Assembly (NCBI GenBank): GCA_050874685.1
Contig: JBNMLD010000002.1
Span: 1 to 50,034, forward strand
Reading direction: 5' to 3'
From: Candidatus Onthoplasma sp.
Lineage (GTDB): Bacteria; Bacillota; Clostridia; Christensenellales; UBA1242
DNA: 50,034 nucleotides
Of this stretch, positions 39,312-49,008 are shown piece by piece. How positions within the stretch are numbered: position 1 is the stretch's first letter; every line of letters begins with the position of its first letter. The translations under genes were made by a program, and so were the position numbers. Under the pieces are notes generated by a model, which did not search any database, was not told the DNA's origin, and saw only the letters and a program-made list of their open reading frames with translations.

Positions 39312-39497
39312 TTACCAACTAGCTTTCTTAACGCCAGGGATTTCACCTTTGTTAGCCAAATTTCTAAAACAAATTCTGCAAATACCATATTTTTTAAGCA
39401 CTGCATGTGGACGGCCACAAAGAGAGCAACGTGTATATTCACGAGTTGCGAATTTTTGTTGTCTTTGTTGTTTATTTATCATTGCTTTTCTTGCCAT
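39312..39497 (-). CDS. rpsN: 30S ribosomal protein S14 type Z (zinc-binding)
   Basis: 61 aa, with [18 protein letters not shown]. Confidence 0.96.
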   Translation of the reverse strand: MARKAMINKQQRQQKFATREYTRCSLCGRPHAVLKKYGICRICFRNLANKGEIPGVKKASW

Positions 39498-39506
39498 AAT
39501 CCACTC

Positions 39507-40064
39507 CTACTTCTTTTTTCTAAATGGTACGCCCATTAATTTTAACAATTCGAATGCTTCTTCGTTTGTGTTTGCTGTTGTAACAAACATAATATCGAAA
39601 CCACGAACAGCATCAATCTTATCATAAATGATTTCTGGGAAGATGATTTGTTCTTTAACACCGAAACTGTAGTTACCACGACCATCGAATGATGTTGTGC
39701 TCAAACCTTGGAAGTCACGCACACGTGGCAATGCAACTGAAATCAATCTATCGAAGAATTCATACATTTTTTCACCACGAAGTGTAACTTTTGCGCCAAT
39801 TTTTTGACCTTGACGAAGTTTGAAATTTGCAACTGATTTTTTTGCATAAGTAACAACTGCTTTTTGACCAGCAATCAAGCTTAATTCATCAACTGCTGTG
39901 TTGAAACTTTTAGCATTGTCTTTTTCTTTACCAAGACGAAGTGACAAAACGATTTTTTCAATGTGAGGGATTTGCATTACATTTTTGTAACCAAATTTTT
40001 CTTGCATTGCAGGTTTTACAACTTCGTTATAGTATGCATGACGTCTATTAATTTCTTTTTCCAT
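39507..40064 (-). CDS. rplE: 50S ribosomal protein L5
   Basis: [13 protein letters not shown]..., [20 protein letters not shown] and RGFDI.FVTTA. Confidence 0.96.
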   Translation of the reverse strand: MEKEINRRHAYYNEVVKPAMQEKFGYKNVMQIPHIEKIVLSLRLGKEKDNAKSFNTAVDELSLIAGQKAVVTYAKKSVANFKLRQGQKIGAKVTLRGEKMYEFFDRLISVALPRVRDFQGLSTTSFDGRGNYSFGVKEQIIFPEIIYDKIDAVRGFDIMFVTTANTNEEAFELLKLMGVPFRKKK

Positions 40065-40077
40065 GTGTCATACTCCT

Positions 40078-40437
40078 TTATGCTTTTTTGCTAGTTTTTG
40101 TTGTTTTTGTAGCTTTTTTTGCCACTTCCAAACTAGCACCGCATTTTTTACAAACGCGTACGTGTTTGCCATCGACATCATTGTGAGCAACACGAGTTGC
40201 TTTTTTGCACGCTGGGCAAACAACTTGAACGTTAGAAGCATCAATAGCGCCTTCAGATTTAATGATTCCGCCCTTGTCATCTTTGCTTCTTGGTTTTGTG
40301 TGGTGAGATTGAATATTAACGTTAGCAACAATAACTTTGTTGTTATCACGGTTAACTTCAAGCACTTCACCAGTTTTGCCAGCATCTTTACCAGCAATTA
40401 CTAATACGTTATCGCCTTTTTTAACACTTAACTTCAT
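40078..40437 (-). CDS. rplX: 50S ribosomal protein L24 (with a CxxC...CxxC C-terminal ribbon)
   Basis: MKLSVKKGDNVLVIAGKDAGKTGEV is a KOW motif. The start at 40437 has a GGAGG RBS; the track ORF is 10 codons longer and overlaps rplN. Confidence 0.95.
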   Translation of the reverse strand: MKLSVKKGDNVLVIAGKDAGKTGEVLEVNRDNNKVIVANVNIQSHHTKPRSKDDKGGIIKSEGAIDASNVQVVCPACKKATRVAHNDVDGKHVRVCKKCGASLEVAKKATKTTKTSKKA

Positions 40438-40447
40438 ATTCGACCTC

Positions 40448-40816
40448 CTATAATACTTCTGGTGCAAGTGAGATTATTTGAGTAAATCCTTTTGCACGAA
40501 GTTCTCTTGCGATAGGTCCAAACACACGAGTACCACGAGTTGCTTTTTGTTTATCAATAAGCACTGCAGCATTTTCGTCAAATTTGATAACACTGCCGTC
40601 AGCACGTTGAACGCCTGTTTTTGAGCGAACAATAACTGCCATAACAACATCACCTTTTTTAACTTTACCGTCTGGATCTGCTTTTTTAACAGAGGCAACG
40701 ATCACATCGCCAATGTTAGCAAATTTTCTAACTGAACCGCCAAGACAACGAATGCACATAATTTTCTTTGCGCCTGAATTGTCTGCCACGTTCAAAATTG
40801 AAAATGGTTGTATCAT
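40448..40816 (-). CDS. rplN: 50S ribosomal protein L14
   Basis: [26 protein letters not shown]. Confidence 0.97.
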   Translation of the reverse strand: MIQPFSILNVADNSGAKKIMCIRCLGGSVRKFANIGDVIVASVKKADPDGKVKKGDVVMAVIVRSKTGVQRADGSVIKFDENAAVLIDKQKATRGTRVFGPIARELRAKGFTQIISLAPEVL

Positions 40817-40827
40817 GATTTTGCCTC

Positions 40828-41085
40828 CTATTTAGCTCTTTCAACGATTGTAAGAAGACGGAAGTATTTGTCCTTTGAAAGTGGACGAGTCTCTTCAATC
40901 ACAACAGTGTCACCGATGTGAGCATCGTTCTTTTCGTCATGAGCTTTATATTTTTTTGTATATGTCATATACTTTTTGTAAATTGGGTGTTTTTTCTTGC
41001 TGGTAACCAAAACAGTAATAGTTTTGTCCATTTTATCAGAAACAACAACACCTTGAATTGTCTTGTGGTTTACTTGTTTTTCCAT
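40828..41085 (-). CDS. rpsQ: 30S ribosomal protein S17
   Basis: [16 protein letters not shown].....HPIYKKY....KKYKAHDE.N....GD.V.I.ETRPLSK.K. Confidence 0.97.
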   Translation of the reverse strand: MEKQVNHKTIQGVVVSDKMDKTITVLVTSKKKHPIYKKYMTYTKKYKAHDEKNDAHIGDTVVIEETRPLSKDKYFRLLTIVERAK

Positions 41086-41089
41086 AATA

Positions 41090-41290
41090 TTACTCCTTTG
41101 CTCCAGCTAATTTTTTTGCGTTCAATTCAGTTTTAACTCTAGCAATTTCACGTTTTGTTTCACGGATACTAGCTGTGTTTTGAAGTTGACCAACTTTCTT
41201 TTGGAAAGTTAAATTGAAAAGCGCACTGCTTAATTCTTTTTCTTTGCTGGTCAATTCTTCAACTGACATGTTTTTGTAATTATTCTTCAT
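41090..41290 (-). CDS. rpmC: 50S ribosomal protein L29
   Basis: [32 protein letters not shown] preferred the ATG at 41290 over the GTG at 41299. It overlaps the end of rplP. Confidence 0.93.
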   Translation of the reverse strand: MKNNYKNMSVEELTSKEKELSSALFNLTFQKKVGQLQNTASIRETKREIARVKTELNAKKLAGAKE

Positions 41291-41711
41291 TGTTTTCACC
41301 GCCTTTTTCCTTGCGAACTACTTTAGTTTTGCAAGGAAGTTTGTGAGAAGCAAGCCTTAATGCTTCCAAGCATTGTTCTTCACTTGGACCGCTAACTTCC
41401 AAAATGACACGGTCACGTTTTACAACTGCTACGTGTCCAACTTGTGCACCTTTACCGCTACCCATACGAGTGTCAGCAGGTTTTTTAGTGATAGGTTTGT
41501 GTGGGAAAACCTTAATCCAAACTTGACCACCACGTTTCATGTATCTGTTGATAGCAACACGTGCTGCTTCAATTTGGTTAGGAGTGATCCAACATGGTTC
41601 TGTTGCTTGGAGACCATAGTCACCATAGCTTACGAAATTACCACGAGTGGCACGACCAGTTAAACGGCCACGGAATTGTTTTCTTCTTTTTTCTCTTTTA
41701 GGTATTAACAT
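41280..41711 (-). CDS. rplP: 50S ribosomal protein L16
   Basis: [27 protein letters not shown]. Confidence 0.97.
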   Translation of the reverse strand: MLIPKREKRRKQFRGRLTGRATRGNFVSYGDYGLQATEPCWITPNQIEAARVAINRYMKRGGQVWIKVFPHKPITKKPADTRMGSGKGAQVGHVAVVKRDRVILEVSGPSEEQCLEALRLASHKLPCKTKVVRKEKGGENNEE

Positions 41712-41712
41712 A

Positions 41713-42390
41713 TTAGTTTTCTCCTTTCTTGTGGCTTTGAACAGTGCTTTGAGAAACTTTACCCAAAATTTCGCCTTTGTTGATCCAAACTTTTACGCCC
41801 AACACACCGAAAGTTGTGTGTGCTTCAACGCAAGCATAGTCAATGTTAGCACGAATTGTGTGAAGAGGAAGCAAACCTTCATGATAGTGTTCACTACGAG
41901 CAATTTCAGCACCGTCAAGACGGCCAGAAACCATAGTTTTAACACCAACAGCACCAGCACGCATAACACGTTGCATAGCACTCTTCATTGTACGTCTAAA
42001 TTGAGCACGTTTTTCAAGTTGAGCAGCGATTGATTCAGCTACAAGTTTTGCATCTAAATCAGGATTTTTGATTTCAACAATATTAACGTTTACTTTTTTA
42101 GCAGTTGAAAGTTTTTCAACATTCTTTTTCAATGCTTCAACACCAGCACCTTTTTGACCAATAAGCACACCAGGTTTAGCTGTTGAGATTGAAACTGTTA
42201 CACTGTCATTTGTTCTTTCGATAAGAACATTTGAAACTGCACAATTTTTGTATTCTTTAAGGATATAATTACGGATTGTATTATCTTCCTTAATGTTAGC
42301 AGCGATTTCTTTTTTATCTGCGTACCAAAAAGAATTCCAAGTCTTATTGATACCAAGTCTCATTCCATTAGGATTTACTTTTTGTCCCAT
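41713..42390 (-). CDS. rpsC: 30S ribosomal protein S3
   Basis: [20 protein letters not shown], and a KH domain with [12 protein letters not shown]. Confidence 0.97.
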   Translation of the reverse strand: MGQKVNPNGMRLGINKTWNSFWYADKKEIAANIKEDNTIRNYILKEYKNCAVSNVLIERTNDSVTVSISTAKPGVLIGQKGAGVEALKKNVEKLSTAKKVNVNIVEIKNPDLDAKLVAESIAAQLEKRAQFRRTMKSAMQRVMRAGAVGVKTMVSGRLDGAEIARSEHYHEGLLPLHTIRANIDYACVEAHTTFGVLGVKVWINKGEILGKVSQSTVQSHKKGEN

Positions 42391-42395
42391 AATTT

Positions 42396-42794
42396 TTACT
42401 CCTTATTTTTACTATCTAGCACAACTTTGATGTGGCTAGTTCTAGTTACAATTCTGTCAGCACCATGAGCACGGCCACGGAAGTAAACTTTGTTTACACG
42501 TGTTGGGCCTTGTCCAAGGATAACTTCAGCCAAATACAAATCGTGAACATTAAGTCCTTTATTGTTTTCAGCATTAGCACCAGCAGATTTAACAACTTTT
42601 AATAAGATAGCAGCAGCATCGTGTGGCATATTGCTTAAGATTGCAACTGCATCATCATAACTCTTTCCTCTAACTTGGTCGATAACAATTTTAGCCTTTG
42701 TAGGAGCCAAACGTACAAAACGTACACTAGCATAAGGACGAGTTTCTTTATTTGCTTTGATTTGTTCAGATTTTTCTCTAATTCTCTTTGCCAT
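42396..42794 (-). CDS. rplV: 50S ribosomal protein L22
   Basis: [27 protein letters not shown]...[17 protein letters not shown]. Confidence 0.96.
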   Translation of the reverse strand: MAKRIREKSEQIKANKETRPYASVRFVRLAPTKAKIVIDQVRGKSYDDAVAILSNMPHDAAAILLKVVKSAGANAENNKGLNVHDLYLAEVILGQGPTRVNKVYFRGRAHGADRIVTRTSHIKVVLDSKNKE

Positions 42795-42803
42795 ATTTTA
42801 CTC

Positions 42804-43079
42804 CTATTTAGCTGCGGCTTCTTTTTGTTTGTGACCTTTAAATGTACGGGTTGGAGCAAATTCACCTAATTTGTGACCAACCATATCGACAGTACAGTAC
42901 ACTGGAATATGTTTTTTACCATTGTGAACAGCGATTGTGTGACCAACGAATTCAGGGTAAATTGTGCTTGATCTTGACCATGTCTTGATAGCTTTCTTTT
43001 CACCTTTTTCATTCATTGCAACAACACGACTCATAAGTTTTTGTTCAACATAAGGTTTTTTCTTTAAACTTCTACTCAT
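42804..43079 (-). CDS. rpsS: 30S ribosomal protein S19
   Basis: [11 protein letters not shown]...[30 protein letters not shown]....[18 protein letters not shown]. Confidence 0.97.
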   Translation of the reverse strand: MSRSLKKKPYVEQKLMSRVVAMNEKGEKKAIKTWSRSSTIYPEFVGHTIAVHNGKKHIPVYCTVDMVGHKLGEFAPTRTFKGHKQKEAAAK

Positions 43080-43088
43080 ATTTCACTC

Positions 43089-43925
43089 CTACTTAGCATT
43101 GCATCTCTTAACCATAAGTTTATCAGATGCTTTGTTGTGTTTTCTTGTCTTGTATCCAAGAGCAGGTTTACCCCAAGGAGTCATAGGACCAGCATGACCA
43201 ACTGGTGACTTACCTTCACCACCACCATGTGGGTGATCAACAGGGTTCATTGCGCTACCACGTACTGATGGACGAACACCCATGTGACGTTTACGGCCAG
43301 CTTTACCCAAAGATACAATTTCATTTTCTTCATTGCCAATTTCACCGATTGTTGCACGGCAAACTGCCAATACTTTTCTCATTTCGCCACTTGGCAAACG
43401 AAGAGTAACATAAGCACCTTCTTTAGCCATAAGTTGAGCAGATTCACCAGCTGAACGAACCATTTGACCACCACGGCCAGGTTGAAGTTCAATGTTGTGA
43501 ATTTTTGCACCAAGTGGAATGTCTTTAAGTTCCAAGCAGTTACCTGGTTTGATTTCAGCACCAGTACCACTCATAACTTTGTCGCCAACGCTTAAACCAC
43601 GAGGAGCGATAATAAATCTTTTTTCACCATCAGCATAAGTAAGCAATGCAATATATGCTGTACGGTTTGGGTCGTATTGAATGCTTTCAACACGTGCTAC
43701 GACACCATCTTTTTTCCTTTTGAAATCGATTACACGATATTTACGTCTGTTTTCGCCACCGATGTTTCTAACTGTGATTTTACCTTGAGCATTACGACCA
43801 CCAGTCTTTTTAACAGTTGTTAAAAGTGATTTAGGTGTAACGGCATCTTTAGTCAATTCTTCATAAGTCTTATAGCTAACGAAACGGCTACCTGCAGATG
43901 TAGGTTTTTTAGTTCTTATTGCCAT
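43089..43925 (-). CDS. rplB: 50S ribosomal protein L2
   Basis: [22 protein letters not shown]...[17 protein letters not shown]. Confidence 0.97.
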   Translation of the reverse strand: MAIRTKKPTSAGSRFVSYKTYEELTKDAVTPKSLLTTVKKTGGRNAQGKITVRNIGGENRRKYRVIDFKRKKDGVVARVESIQYDPNRTAYIALLTYADGEKRFIIAPRGLSVGDKVMSGTGAEIKPGNCLELKDIPLGAKIHNIELQPGRGGQMVRSAGESAQLMAKEGAYVTLRLPSGEMRKVLAVCRATIGEIGNEENEIVSLGKAGRKRHMGVRPSVRGSAMNPVDHPHGGGEGKSPVGHAGPMTPWGKPALGYKTRKHNKASDKLMVKRCNAK

Positions 43926-43936
43926 ACTATCTCCTT

Positions 43937-44239
43937 TTAGTTCAAGCTTTCGAAGAATGCGATAGGTTTGCTGTCAGCTTTCAAGAAGACGATAGCTTTT
44001 TTGTAATCGCTTGTTCTACCAGTTACTTGACCACTTTTTGTGTTTCTTGTTTTAAGTTTGCCTGTGCAATTGATTGTGTTTACACGTGCAACTTGCACTT
44101 CAAACAATTCTTCAACTGCTTTTTTGATTTCAATTTTGTTTGCAGATTTTGCAACTTTAAATGTATAAACTTTATTTGGAATACCTGCGTATGACTTTTC
44201 TGTCATAATAGGTTCTAAAATGATTTGTTGTGCTTTCAT
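43937..44239 (-). CDS. rplW: 50S ribosomal protein L23
   Basis: [10 protein letters not shown]......[31 protein letters not shown]. Confidence 0.96.
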   Translation of the reverse strand: MKAQQIILEPIMTEKSYAGIPNKVYTFKVAKSANKIEIKKAVEELFEVQVARVNTINCTGKLKTRNTKSGQVTGRTSDYKKAIVFLKADSKPIAFFESLN

Positions 44240-44240
44240 A

Positions 44241-44858
44241 TTAAACGTAAGCCTCCTCTAACTTTTTCATTGCATCAGTTGTGAATACAACATAAGTGTT
44301 TTCTACAATTTCAGCCACATTTAACAAGTCAGCATCAACACAACTAACTTTTTCAAGATTGTTTGTTGCTCTAACAACATTTTCGTCTTTACCTGCAGTT
44401 ACGATAACTGTACGTTTATCCAAACCGAAAGTTTTTAAGAAATTGTTTGCTGTTTTTGTTTTGTTTTCAAAATCAACTTTATCAAGCACAACAACTTCGT
44501 TTTGACGAATTTTTTCACTTAATGCACTTGCAAAAGCGATGTCACGCATTTTCTTGTTGATTTTTTGACTGAAGTCTCTTGGCTTTGGAGCGAATACTAC
44601 GCCACCGCCAGTGAATTGTGGAGCACTCTTTTCGTCATGACGAGCATTACCTGTGCCCTTTTGACGATAGATTTTCTTTTTGCTTGCATTGATTTCGCTA
44701 CGTGTCAAAGTTGATTTTGTGCCTTGACGAGCATTGTTGTGCAATGCAACGATAACTTGATGAATCAAAGGTTGATTGTAGTCAGCACCGAACACCATAT
44801 CGTTAAGTTCAATTTTGCCAACTTCTTCCTTTTTCATATTATAAACTTTAAGTTCCAT
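44241..44858 (-). CDS. rplD: 50S ribosomal protein L4
   Basis: RQGT.STLTRSEI..S.KK.YRQKGTGNARH. Confidence 0.96.
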   Translation of the reverse strand: MELKVYNMKKEEVGKIELNDMVFGADYNQPLIHQVIVALHNNARQGTKSTLTRSEINASKKKIYRQKGTGNARHDEKSAPQFTGGGVVFAPKPRDFSQKINKKMRDIAFASALSEKIRQNEVVVLDKVDFENKTKTANNFLKTFGLDKRTVIVTAGKDENVVRATNNLEKVSCVDADLLNVAEIVENTYVVFTTDAMKKLEEAYV

Positions 44859-44869
44859 AGTTCTCTCCT

Positions 44870-45502
44870 TTAAGCCTTGGCAGCGGTCTTAACAACTACG
44901 ATAGATTTCTTTGGACCAGGGATTGCACCTTTAACCAAAAGCAAATTTCTTTCCGCATCAACACGAACAACTTTCAAGTTTTGAACTGTTGCTGTTTCGT
45001 GACCGTAGTGACCAGGCATATTTTTACCCTTGAATACACGGCTTGGGGTTGAGTTAGCACCCATTGAACCAACTTCTCTATGAACAGGGCCTACACCGTG
45101 TGTCATTTTAAGACGTTGTTGGTTCCAACGTTTGATAACGCCAGTAAAACCGTGACCTTTTGTTGTGCCAGTTACATCAACGATGTCGCCAGCTGTAAAC
45201 ATGTCAGCTTTAACTTCTTGACCAACACTGAATTTTGATGTGTCGTCAAATCTAAATTCTTTTAAAACACGTTTTGCGTCAATGCCAGCTTTTTTGAATG
45301 TGCCAGCAACGCACTTGTTTACGTTTTTGGCTTTGATTTCGCCAAATGCTAATTGAACTGAATCATAACCGTCTTTTTGAACGTTTTTGATTTGAGTTAC
45401 ATAGCAAGGACCTGCTTCAATAACTGTTACAGGTTCAACTCTACCATCTTCGGTGAAAAGTTGAGTCATACCAATCTTTTTACCTATAATTGCTTTTTCC
45501 AC
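44870..45502 (-). CDS. rplC: 50S ribosomal protein L3
   Basis: [13 protein letters not shown]...[10 protein letters not shown] chose the GTG start at 45502, 5 nt after AAGGAGG; the track's upstream start would overlap rpsJ. Confidence 0.95.
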   Translation of the reverse strand: MEKAIIGKKIGMTQLFTEDGRVEPVTVIEAGPCYVTQIKNVQKDGYDSVQLAFGEIKAKNVNKCVAGTFKKAGIDAKRVLKEFRFDDTSKFSVGQEVKADMFTAGDIVDVTGTTKGHGFTGVIKRWNQQRLKMTHGVGPVHREVGSMGANSTPSRVFKGKNMPGHYGHETATVQNLKVVRVDAERNLLLVKGAIPGPKKSIVVVKTAAKA

Positions 45503-45512
45503 AGTTTCCTCC

Positions 45513-45821
45513 TTATAATTCAACCTTAATGTCAACACCAGCTGGTACGTTCATTTTCAAAAGTGTATCAACTGCTTTTGCATTAGGTGCATAGACATCG
45601 ATAAGTCTAAAATGTGTACGCGATTCAAATTGTTCACGTGAATCTTTGTTTACGTGCGTACTACGTAAGATTGTAACCACTTCACGTTTTGTTGGAAGTG
45701 GGATTGGGCCTGAAACTTTACAGCCAGACTTTGTTGCGGTATCAAGTATTTTTGAAACCACATTTTCGATTAAACCTGTATCGTAAGAAGCAAGTTTAAT
45801 TCTCAATTTTGTTGTTGCCAT
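45513..45821 (-). CDS. rpsJ: 30S ribosomal protein S10
   Basis: [10 protein letters not shown]...[37 protein letters not shown]. Confidence 0.97.
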   Translation of the reverse strand: MATTKLRIKLASYDTGLIENVVSKILDTATKSGCKVSGPIPLPTKREVVTILRSTHVNKDSREQFESRTHFRLIDVYAPNAKAVDTLLKMNVPAGVDIKVEL

Positions 45822-46179
45822 TTAATTCTCTCCTTTTATATTTTTAGTCAACACCCTAACTAGTGACCTTAACATTGACACATCAGCCAAGCAGTTTGAG
45901 ATATTTCACTCACTTACCAGATTGTATTTTCACTTGTCTATCATATTTCGCCATATTTTGCATACGCATTAAATAAGGTAAATGTTGATAATGCAAATTT
46001 ATAATACAATTTACACTGACCCGTGTGTTAAGTGCGGGTTTCCAAAAGAAAATGCCTCACACTTTGGTTCGGCAATCAATCCACTAGCACTCTTATGAGT
46101 TATGGTCGGCACAAATTCCCATTTGCTGTTGCTAGCAAATGCAACCTTATGCGTCACTCCACATAAAACCAGCGAAATT

Positions 46180-46208
46180 ATTCTATCAAAGACCAATAAC
46201 TTTGTCAA
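46180..46208 (-). promoter_or_regulatory. promoter of the S10 operon
   Basis: Minus strand: TTGACA (46208..46203), 17 nt, TGaTAGAAT (-10 at 46185..46180). This implies a leader of about 350 nt. Confidence 0.6.
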
Positions 46209-46274
46209 CCCTTTTTTAAAAACTTTTTTAAACAATTTGGCAACACTAAATTTGCAAAAAAAATTTCAAAAAGG

Positions 46275-46303
46275 TATTTACAAATTTTTTAACATGTGAT
46301 ACA
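46275..46303 (+). promoter_or_regulatory. promoter of the 140-aa gene
   Basis: TTTACA, 17 nt, TGaTACAAT, about 30 nt upstream of the AAGGAG-ATG at 46338. Confidence 0.6.
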
Positions 46304-46337
46304 ATGCAAACAAATAAAATATTGATAAGGAGAAATT

Positions 46338-46760
46338 ATGCCAAAGGTAAACATTCAAGTTTTGAACAAATATAACTCTTATTCAAACGTTCAATTGGTT
46401 AAAGAATTCTTAACAGATGCCCGCAATGATGGTCAAATGGTTACTGCTTCATCATTCGTTCCTGATGTTATGGGCAATTTCTTGGGCAAGATGTCTGCAG
46501 ACGACAAGACATTCTTATATTCACGCGTTAAAAAGAGTGTTGATTTAATCCAAGCTATTTATGATTTGTACATGGACAATTTCCAATACTGCGATTTCGC
46601 TTTGAACCTTGAAGCGCTCACAAAAGTTTTGGAAGATTTTGTTAGAACAAACACACGTGCAATCCCTGATGTTAAGTTGAGAGAAAGTTTCGAAAATTTC
46701 TTTACACCTATTCTCCACAATGCTTATACTTTCAGGAACAACAATCAAATAATGTTGTAA
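46338..46760 (+). CDS. hypothetical protein (140 aa)
   Basis: ORF with a strong RBS (TAAGGAGAAATT-ATG), a promoter and a downstream terminator. I recognise no family. Confidence 0.6.
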   Translation: MPKVNIQVLNKYNSYSNVQLVKEFLTDARNDGQMVTASSFVPDVMGNFLGKMSADDKTFLYSRVKKSVDLIQAIYDLYMDNFQYCDFALNLEALTKVLEDFVRTNTRAIPDVKLRESFENFFTPILHNAYTFRNNNQIML

Positions 46761-46817
46761 GATTGTATAATATTTGGCTGATACATAAATTTAATATCAC
46801 TTGCATTTAGTGCAAAA

Positions 46818-46852
46818 TAAAAAAACTCGCTGTTTGATGCGAGTTTTTTTAT
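46818..46852. terminator. bidirectional terminator
   Basis: AAAAAAACTCGC-tgtttgat-GCGAGTTTTTTT. Confidence 0.85.
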
Positions 46853-46964
46853 TGTGATAAACAACAAACCAAATTTATATTTGTTAGCAAAATATATTTA
46901 TGTGTTTGTTAAATTAAATTATTTATTAATTACAATCAAATTTTCAAAAGTTAAATGATATTAG

Positions 46965-47007
46965 TTCCAAAATTACATAATTTTACTTCCAAAATTACAT
47001 AATTTTA
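46965..47007. repeat. tandem direct repeat, 2 x 21 nt separated by one base
   Basis: TTCCAAAATTACATAATTTTA occurs at 46965..46985 and again at 46987..47007. The second copy contains the stop codon of the 581-aa gene. Confidence 0.9.
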
Positions 47008-48740
47008 TCAATTTGTTCGCCAATCTCTTCAACTTTAACTGCTGGTGTGATTGTTTGATTATCAGTTTGTTCCAAAGGCATTGTAACTTTTGTTTCTGTT
47101 TGAATTGTTGCGCCGTTTGTTGAAACTGTGTTATTATTTTGCAATGTTTTGTCAATCATCTCTTCTTGCGTTTTCCTTTCCCAATCGCTAAGGCCTTCAG
47201 CCAATTGCTTTGTCAAATTTGTTTGACGTGGTTGTTCTGTCCTTTGCACACCAGGTCTTGTTGCTGATTGGCCTTGAGGGTTGCCACCCAAAGTCGTGTC
47301 AAAATCATAATCTTTTTGAGGTTCACTTTTTGCTGCAGAGGTTGATTTTGTTTCCGCATTAGCAGGTTTGCTAGCAGTTGTTTTATCTGTTGCTTTCTTA
47401 ACCTCTGCTTTTTTAGCAGTTGGTTTAGATGCTTTTTTCACATCTTTCTTTGCCCCTGCCGCTGGTTTTGTTGATGCTGTCTGTTTTGTTTCAGCAACTT
47501 GAGCAACAAGATTTGGTGCTGATGATTTAACTTCTTGTTTTGCGTCAACTTTATCTTCAATAGATGATATTGTTGCTTGAGTTGTTTCGTCAGTTAAAAC
47601 TCTTGCAAATTGCTGATGTGTTTGTCCAGAAATTTTTGACAATTCGTCAATAAGCATTTGCTTTGCTTCAATCACGGTTGTGTTAGTTGTTGAAATATAA
47701 TTTTCTCTTTGCTTTGCCTCCAACGATTCCGCCACCGCTTGTTGAGACACTGTGGCATTTGTTTCGTTTTTAGCAACAATGTATTCGGTTGCAACATCGG
47801 TCAATGATTGACGTGCTTCAGCGCCAAACGTGTTTACCACAAATTTTGAAGTAACAACTTCTTGATTTTCATCAACAACTGGTGCATTACTTGTTTCAAT
47901 TGTTTGGGCAATTTTAAGATTGCGTTCTACTGTTATATTCCTTTTTTCAACTTGGAATTCTTGTTTTTCACTATCGGTCAAAACATTCAAATTATTTTCA
48001 ATTGCTTGTGAGACAATTTCGTTAACAGTTTTTGCAAAAAATGGTTTATCAAGCCTTAAAACACTTGGTTGTTTTGAAACCACTTCTTTAACTTTTGCAT
48101 CAACACATTTTTTAAGTTCTGGATATCTTGATACAATTTGCAACATTTGCACTGCATAATCAGATTCAATCTCTTCAAGTTTGTTTTCGTTTTTAAGCAA
48201 TATTTGATTTGCTTTCATCAAGTATTTAAAGCGATTTACAATGCCAACATATTGCGCCAAAGTTTCTTCGTCCATATTGAACACATCAAGTGCATTGCCA
48301 GTAAATGTTGAAATATTCCATTTTGAATATACCGCATTTTTATCCACGACACCTGAAGTTTCAAATGTATCCAAAACATATTCGTTTATATTGCTAAACA
48401 GCCCACTGTTCGATTTGAAATTGGCTTGAAAATTAACTTTTTCAGCCAAAGTTAAAACAGCATGCTCCCCCTCATACGTCACAAAAAATGTTATTTGTTT
48501 GTCAAGTTTTATAACACTGCTACAAACATCAATATTGTCAACTGTATCAACAATATACTTTGGTATAGCAATAAGTTCATTTACAATTACAGGGTCAACA
48601 ACATAGTTGCCTTCAACATCAAAATCGCCCAACATGCAACCCAAAATTGTATGACGCAAATTGTTAAACTTTAAACTATCTATTTCAGCATTGTCTGTAA
48701 CAAAACCTTGTTCGCAATCATTCTTAACATATTGTGACAT
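46995..48740 (-). CDS. hypothetical 581-aa cytoplasmic protein with a Lys/Ala/Thr-rich low-complexity segment
   Basis: Long ORF with no signal peptide. It contains a basic AKP-like tract, KPAAGAKKDVKKASKPTAKKAEVKKATDKTTASKP. GGAGAA RBS. Confidence 0.6.
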   Translation of the reverse strand: MSQYVKNDCEQGFVTDNAEIDSLKFNNLRHTILGCMLGDFDVEGNYVVDPVIVNELIAIPKYIVDTVDNIDVCSSVIKLDKQITFFVTYEGEHAVLTLAEKVNFQANFKSNSGLFSNINEYVLDTFETSGVVDKNAVYSKWNISTFTGNALDVFNMDEETLAQYVGIVNRFKYLMKANQILLKNENKLEEIESDYAVQMLQIVSRYPELKKCVDAKVKEVVSKQPSVLRLDKPFFAKTVNEIVSQAIENNLNVLTDSEKQEFQVEKRNITVERNLKIAQTIETSNAPVVDENQEVVTSKFVVNTFGAEARQSLTDVATEYIVAKNETNATVSQQAVAESLEAKQRENYISTTNTTVIEAKQMLIDELSKISGQTHQQFARVLTDETTQATISSIEDKVDAKQEVKSSAPNLVAQVAETKQTASTKPAAGAKKDVKKASKPTAKKAEVKKATDKTTASKPANAETKSTSAAKSEPQKDYDFDTTLGGNPQGQSATRPGVQRTEQPRQTNLTKQLAEGLSDWERKTQEEMIDKTLQNNNTVSTNGATIQTETKVTMPLEQTDNQTITPAVKVEEIGEQIDKIM

Positions 48741-48966
48741 AGTTTTCTCCTTTTGTAATAATCAATTTTGTTGTATAAATTATAGCATAGCAAAAGCAAA
48801 ATTACAAACAAAACATATAATTTTAATTTGCAAATTTAAAGTCTGCTTTTTTTATAGTTTCACATAAAATGGCAGATAAAATATATCATTTTTGATTTAT
48901 CAAATGAATTTAAATTTAAATCACATTTAACCCAAATCGAATATCATACAAATTTGTTTATGTCAT

Positions 48967-48999
48967 AAAAAAAGACAGCCCGAAGGTTGTCTTTTTTTT
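48967..48999. terminator. bidirectional terminator
   Basis: AAAAAAAGACAGCC-cgaa-GGTTGTCTTTTTTTT. Confidence 0.85.
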
Positions 49000-49008
49000 G
49001 TTGCAAAA

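Noticed and set aside
45990-46170. RNase P RNA, SRP RNA or 6S RNA hidden in the GC-richer segment upstream of rpsJ
   Set aside because: I looked for GAGGAAAGUCC and ACAGAA...GGCUUA (RNase P) and for GGAAGGAAGCAGCC-type SRP helix-8 motifs. Only vague resemblances appeared (ATAAGAGTGCTAGTGG, GAAACCCGCACTTA). That is not enough to call a gene.
46011-46235. 74-aa minus-strand ORF in the rpsJ leader
   Set aside because: There is no RBS. It overlaps the predicted promoter and hairpins, and its composition is atypical. It is most likely a chance ORF in a structured leader.
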